From positions 19,468,001 through 19,532,000 of the forward strand of contig OZ038379.1 of NCBI GenBank assembly GCA_964036045.1: a stretch of DNA of 64,000 bases, read 5' to 3'. The notes beneath the pieces are model-generated. The model did no database searches. It was given only the letters and a program-made list of their open reading frames with translations, and was not told the DNA's origin. Position 1 is the first letter of the stretch, and every line of letters starts with the position of its first letter. Source of the DNA: Eutreptiella sp. 'Long Island Sound 2002'. Lineage: Eukaryota; Protista; Euglenida. The position numbers and the translations under genes are program-made. Of this stretch, positions 58,401 through 64,000 are shown one piece after another.

Positions 58401-61400
58401 GTGATCCCGCGCCAAGTCAGTTCTTCTGAGCACCATGAGGATAAGGGCGGGGACTTTAACGAGCCCATCCAGGGTGCCAGAGAGGCCCCGTCAAGGCTGT
58501 TCTTAAGCAAAAAAATAGAAACACTCGTTGATTTACACTTGGCCCATCACCAATGGCAGTTTGCTGGTCACTGCCAGCAGTTGCAGCTTGAATGACAGCG
58601 CTTGGCAGTTAAGGGATGGCGATTGGTGGTGGACCGACAAATTTGAGCCGCTAAGCACTTGGTGGTGAACCGCCGGTCGGGGGGAGGGGGGGGGCTTGAG
58701 AGCTGTCATTTATTTCAGCAAATCCCATTGATTGACGACAGCCGTGGGCTGCATCCAGGGGTTGGTCCTTTCTCTGTGTCCCCCGTCCCCATTTGGTCAG
58801 GGCTGCGTGGCCAGAATGGCACCCAACTGCATGACCAACACGCGGACTTGTTGGGACAAGGCCACTGGTGATGCACCACCTCACAAAACCCGTACCGCAG
58901 GCGTTGTCTGACCACATGGGCCAGCCGGGGATCGGAGCAGCGGGGCACACCACTTCAGACAGTCCAAACGGCACCAAAGCGAAAAAACACGCATCTCTCT
59001 GGTCAGCAAACCATGCAACCCACAGCAGAGGGGAAGTACCCGCGCCGCACGCGCCGCGTGTACTTTTGGAGGGAACTGTTCTCCTGACACGGGCAAATAG
59101 GCATCAAAGGCAGAAGACACGAAGCACGTGTACGCCTGCCCACAGTTCCGGTTGCCCCGCGCGTACGCCCCGCGCGCACCATGTCAAGAACTTCCCCCAA
59201 TCTGCCGTTTCGGTTGCAATAAAAAAACGGTTGGGACTGCAAACTCCACAGCCCCACACCTCCAGAAAAAACACTACAAAGTGCTGTGTGGACACGGCAT
59301 TGTTGCGCAAGGGGGGTAATCCACAAGACACAAGGGGATCCTGGCACATACCTCCGGAACTAGATGCACCAGACTCCACATACAGTCACCCCCGAACCGT
59401 GAAGTTTGGAGGGTGCTCTCCACCACAAATGGTGTGCCAAGTTGTAAGGGTCAGGGGGTTCCGGACCACCAAGTGCTGCAAGTGCGCGCTCCACTCCAAG
59501 GGAGTGCAGCTGGTGGACTGTGCCCCACGGGCCGTTTATCGGGTGTGCTAGGGCTGAGGCCCTGGTGCGCGAGTGTAGAGCAGGAGCCTAGAGCGTTATC
59601 AGTGTATGGGTTGTCCCCGAGCGCCCCCCCATGCACGCCGGACGTCGACGAAACTGTGAGTGACAATATCCATCTTCTTTGCCGCGGATCAGGCCATTCC
59701 ATCATGATTCACATCTGCAATAGTTTGAGGGTCTCCTGTTGGACAAGGAAACATTGTGCAATGAAACTTGGCTTCCAGTCGGTCTATGATACAACACCGG
59801 GTCAGGGGGGGGGGAGTATTGGCGCCGCCCGCGCGCCACACGCACACCCCGCGCTACTTTTGCGGCGAGTACACCGGGACCGCCCTGATTTTTCCCCCAT
59901 CCCAAAATGGCCCCGAAGAAAAGCGAACCCATTGCCACAGGAATTACATGAACACCGCGCCTTCCCACAAAGTTGCACGATCAAGCGGAGGGGGCATGTT
60001 GAGATGTCTGAAAGGGAGCACCATACATTTTGACCCCTCAGTGGCTCCGGAAGGTTCTACGAACGCAATCAGAAATGGCTACAGGCTAAAGTAGGGGTAC
60101 GCCAGACGGCCAAATCAATGCACCGCACGCACGCCGCGTCAGGTGCTCCCCCAGAACAGAGCTCTTCCAGCTTACGCCCTTTACGATTGGCTTCAAAATT
60201 AGCGTACTTCATGCCGCAGGATCAGGACAATAGGGGGGGGGGAGGGGGGTCACCTCAGGGTTGGAGTTAGAGCGCGGGCAAGGACAAGAGCAGGGGTCAC
60301 AGCCCGATAAACAGTGGTTGATGGACAGAAACTGGAAATTCCGACGGCAATCAACGGTGGTTGACTTGAACAATGAGCGTCAGCAAATACATCCAATACC
60401 AACTTGCCAAAGTAGCCCCCCAAAGTACGGCCAAAGGCAGGCAAAAGGACAGTCCAACGGGGATCCCGTGCGTAGACCCGGCCTCAGTGCATTCAGCCAC
60501 CTAAACAAGAGCATCGACCGGTGTCCGTTTGGCACCGGTGGCGATGCCCGGTCTGAGGCAGGAATCCTCTTGTTCAGGGGCAGCACAGTCGTACCCGGTC
60601 GTTCCTACTGGACCAGCGGGATGTTGCAGCCTTCTGATACCCCGCCAACGCACACTAAGTGTCATACGCAAGCACACCCTTCACCAAGGTCCTGCCTTCC
60701 AGCCCATCTTTCACGTTGACATGCCCGGAGAGCGCGCGGCGAAATCGCAAAAGTGCGTGTTTTCTCAGATGGAGCCGCTCTATCCCACGCCGCCTCTTGA
60801 CCTCGGGAACCCACAGCGGTGCAGGAAATTCTCGGGTCGGGAGCAGGATACCAACAATCATGAATTGCACTTTGAGTACACGCACCGCACACCCGGAACA
60901 CGTATGATATCATATCACACATGCATTTGGATGTGCACATCCATCAATCATTCCTTAAAGCTCCGTCCCCCTTGTGCAAGTACGGCTCAGGTCCCAGCAA
61001 CCAACGACAGAGGGTCCCCGTGCCCAGACAAGGCCGTGCGGGCACATGGACATGAAGGGGGGGCACGGCACAACAGTAGCCATGGCCCCCAATCGCATCA
61101 AACCCAATCAAACCGGCGTGCAGACACAAGTCTCACGAGTCGTACACGCAGCCTCTGTTCTTGTCCTCCCACACGGAGCAGGCTCACATGGTTGTGCCTT
61201 CAGGTGCTGGACCATGAAACAGACGGTGCCCAAGATGAGGGTGACGGCAGGGGCCCATGCTGACTCCTGGTCGTTGTGCCTTCAGGGCCATGCTTGCGCA
61301 TGGGGGGGGGGGGGGGGAGCAGCTTGCAATCACGTCTTACGTATCATACGGATCCGTTGTGTGTCTTCATCACACACAACCTTCGACCGAGAGGGGGCGC

Positions 61401-61468
61401 CTTTGTGATACACTCCACAAAAAAGGTGCTCGACGCAGGCTCTAGGTACGCTCCAGGTGTGCTCTAAC

Positions 61469-61950
61469 TTGGCGGTCCGCCGGACAAAACAGCCCCGGCG
61501 GTGCACGCGGGTCCGCATGGTACCGGTCCCAGAGCCGCTGCACTGTACCCACAAAGTCGTCCGGCGTGCCCTCTGCCGGGGGCATGCGCAGGCGCTGCTC
61601 CAGGTCTTGGCCCCCCGTGCGCCACTCACGCAGCAACTGCCGGCGCCGCGACTCGAGACGCTCCTGCGCCGCCTCCCGCTCCCGCAACTGCCGCTCCCGC
61701 GCCGCCGCCTCCTCCTGCTGCTGCCGCGCGAACTCCTCCTCTGCGGCCGCATGGCGCTGGCGGCGGGCAGTACCGGCGGCGGCAGCGGCACTGTGATCGA
61801 GTTTGCGGGCCTCGGCAGCGGCTTCCAAACGGGAGGCCTCTCGGGCATGCGCCCGCGACGTTTCGCGCAGCCACACGCTGAATTCCGCAGCAGGTGTGGG
61901 TGTGGTCTGAGGCTCATTGCACTGGGATGGAGCTGCGGAGCGTTCCCATT
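61469..61950 (-). CDS. Internal exon of a coiled-coil protein of unknown function
   Basis: Acceptor CTCTGCTCCGTTTCGGCAG|AA (phase 1) and donor CAA|GTTAGA (phase 0). GC-rich, charged helical text (AAAEEEFARQQQEEAAARERQLREREAAQERLE). Flanking exons not identified. Confidence 0.65.
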
Positions 61951-62379
61951 CTGCCGAAACGGAGCAGAGCGGGTCGGCCGGGGGGGGGGGGGGGGTCTCA
62001 CGCACACGGAAACACAGCGAGGCAGGCTATGGACGGCCTGTGAACAGAGGCGCGTGGACAGCAAAAACAGTCAAACGACCCACGCAACAACCAGCACAAC
62101 GTGGGCGCCGCTGACGCGCAAACGGCACATAGTGCCACAACCAGCACAGCCCCAGCACACCAACCACTGGGCTCCGAAAAACGACACCAGCAAGAGCACC
62201 GGCCGCAGCGGCCGACAGAACCACCCGACGCAACATGCAAAGGGAAAAACGGGTGACTGTCCAGGGCCCCATAAAGAAACAACAACCCGACGGAATGTCA
62301 CACAGGGGGCACAGGCCGTCAGCTGCGGTGAGGGCGTGTGGGTCCTCTGGCATGCCTCACTACCCCAAAGTGAAGTGCC

Positions 62380-64000
62380 ATGTTTCCCTCAAGAGTGTCT
62401 CCTGTGGCCCAGTGCACTCCCTAGCGCACCACGGTCACCTTATGGCTGTGGGCCTGACTTCACACTGCATGCGCACTGCATGCAAAGGTAGCAAGAACGC
62501 ATACCACATACCCCGCATACTCGTGAAAAAGATGCCCTCCTTGGAGCACGAAATGCACCAACACACAATTCATGTGAAGACCCACTGTTCGCAACTTACA
62601 CATTGCAACTGCTAAACAGCACCCGGTAGGTCTGTTGGATGTGATGCCACGGGCTTGAAAATAGGGCTCGGTAATCCCAGCAATATACAAACTCTGTACT
62701 GCGCGCAAAGGCAGCCCGTGTCTTCAGGGTATAATCCTGAGGTCAACCATTCCACAATGATGTGGGGAACCTCCACAGTGCAGGATGGCTTCTTATTTAC
62801 AAAGGCCATGTACAAGTGGTATCAGATGACATTTACGCCAAGAGAGGAAGAGCCTCTACTTCCATATACGGGGGGCTCTTCCTACATTCAGTGCAGCTAC
62901 TGCAGGCTAGGGCAGTGGGAATCCTTAATCCTGATGCAAACGGGCCGAAGTGGCTGTGTTTTTAGGCTTCCATGGGGCAAGGGGGTTCATTCTTGCATGC
63001 CGCATGTCTTGAGCACCCGTGTTATCATGCCCTCGTAAGGATTGGTGAGACGTACTCATCTTGGGCGACTACTCCTTGTCTGGTCATGGCCCAACCAGGG
63101 GAACCATGTACGTTTCCCATCCATCAACCCACTGCCGGTCTGCAGCTGCCAGACTGGGACGCCAAAGATCAGGAACTCTGTTGTTTGCAGGCACTTGGAC
63201 CTCCCAAAGTTGGTGCACCTCAGCGGGCAGTGGTGTTGCGGGGCATCAGCCCTGTTTGTGGGGACCACTCGCCGACAGTTTGGTGTTCTCAACAGTTGGT
63301 GCCACAGCTGGGGTCCGAGGCCCAACCTTTCGGTCCCTGGGAGAGTTCGAAGGCCCTGCTTTAGTCCCGGCACCACATTGCGCACAACAAGTCATGGGTG
63401 TTCGAACCTGGGGCCATGGGTATGGCACAAATGCGTCCCAACCTTTCGACCAACCGGAGTTTCTTTGGTGGTCACTGGCGACCGACGGTGCCTATCAATA
63501 TTGCAGGTCCGCACATTTGCTCGCACAGGTGTCCTCAGTGCCAGTGAAACTTGTCATTGCAGCCTGCAACCCCGTTCTCCAGCCCAAATAACTTTTTTAA
63601 GCTGACCTGCAACCCTACCCCAAATGGCACCTTCGTGTGTAGCACCGTGCAGATCAAATGTTGACAAACTACAGCGGAGGAGGGGGCGGAATGGGGAGAG
63701 ACACATTCAGGTCTTGGTGTGGCGATCGCAGCCACCATGTGAAACTTCTCAGTCCAAGATGGAAATATTGGTATGGCTTCCGCTTCACACCCCACAACTT
63801 CTGGTGGTCACTATTCATCAGACGAGGAGGACATGCAACTTCCATCCATTGATATTGTTTTAATCGGTTCATCCATTATGCAGGTCTGCACCTGCCAGAG
63901 TCACGCACCAAAGACAGCAACAAGGTGACTCTGGTGGACTACAGGTAACAGAGGTACTCCAGAGGGATGCATGGCACTTAAGAGTGGTGAAGCGTGCCAG
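62380..64000 (+). mobile_element. Degenerate non-LTR retrotransposon (RT then RNase H), truncated by the window edge
   Basis: In order: PQECLLWP (62387; cf. PQG.PLSP), TTC ATG [T] GAA GAC (62569; decayed FMDD), ATGLKI (~62650), AGLQLPD (~63135) and LATDGA (63475; RNase H first Asp). Confidence 0.5.

Noticed and set aside
60250-60444. LVLDVFADAH resembling the IDLFA motif of DIRS adenine methylase domains
   Set aside because: No downstream PP(F/Y) motif and no DIRS RT, RNase H or tyrosine recombinase nearby.
1-64000. tRNA, rRNA, snRNA or SL-RNA genes, and euglenid non-conventional introns
   Set aside because: No T-loop/D-loop pair, rRNA signature or spliced-leader exon seen by eye. All resolved junctions are GT-AG. 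Non-canonical introns cannot be assessed without cDNA.

Overview
Eukaryotic, intron-containing and very repeat-rich genomic DNA. No prokaryotic operons, CRISPR array, rRNA or tRNA could be recognised. A euglenozoan-like protist origin is my inference, from the kinetoplastid-style C2 domain ending and the AG acceptors just upstream of start codons. Six host genes or gene fragments are supportable, all on the minus strand: a 3-exon C2-domain protein (5535->497), a coiled-coil protein (25174->22317), an intronless bacterial-type class I SAM methyltransferase with a mitochondrial-like presequence (29010->28240), a Cys-rich secreted protein (48421->46716), an intronless GH29 alpha-L-fucosidase (55469->53979) and one coiled-coil exon (61950->61469). 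Most of the remainder is decayed mobile DNA: non-LTR retrotransposon remnants (RT, RNase H and restriction-like endonuclease motifs, one with an odd RLE-then-RNase H order), a hAT-like transposase remnant, a foldback-like element, and a family of 0.7-0.9 kb segments with conserved GCACTGCG-repeat ends but different interiors (two carry a small Tudor/SH3-like ORF). There is also a cluster of hairpins, several tandem arrays, microsatellites and many long G/C runs. All alignments were done by eye, with no database searches, so family names for decayed elements are provisional.
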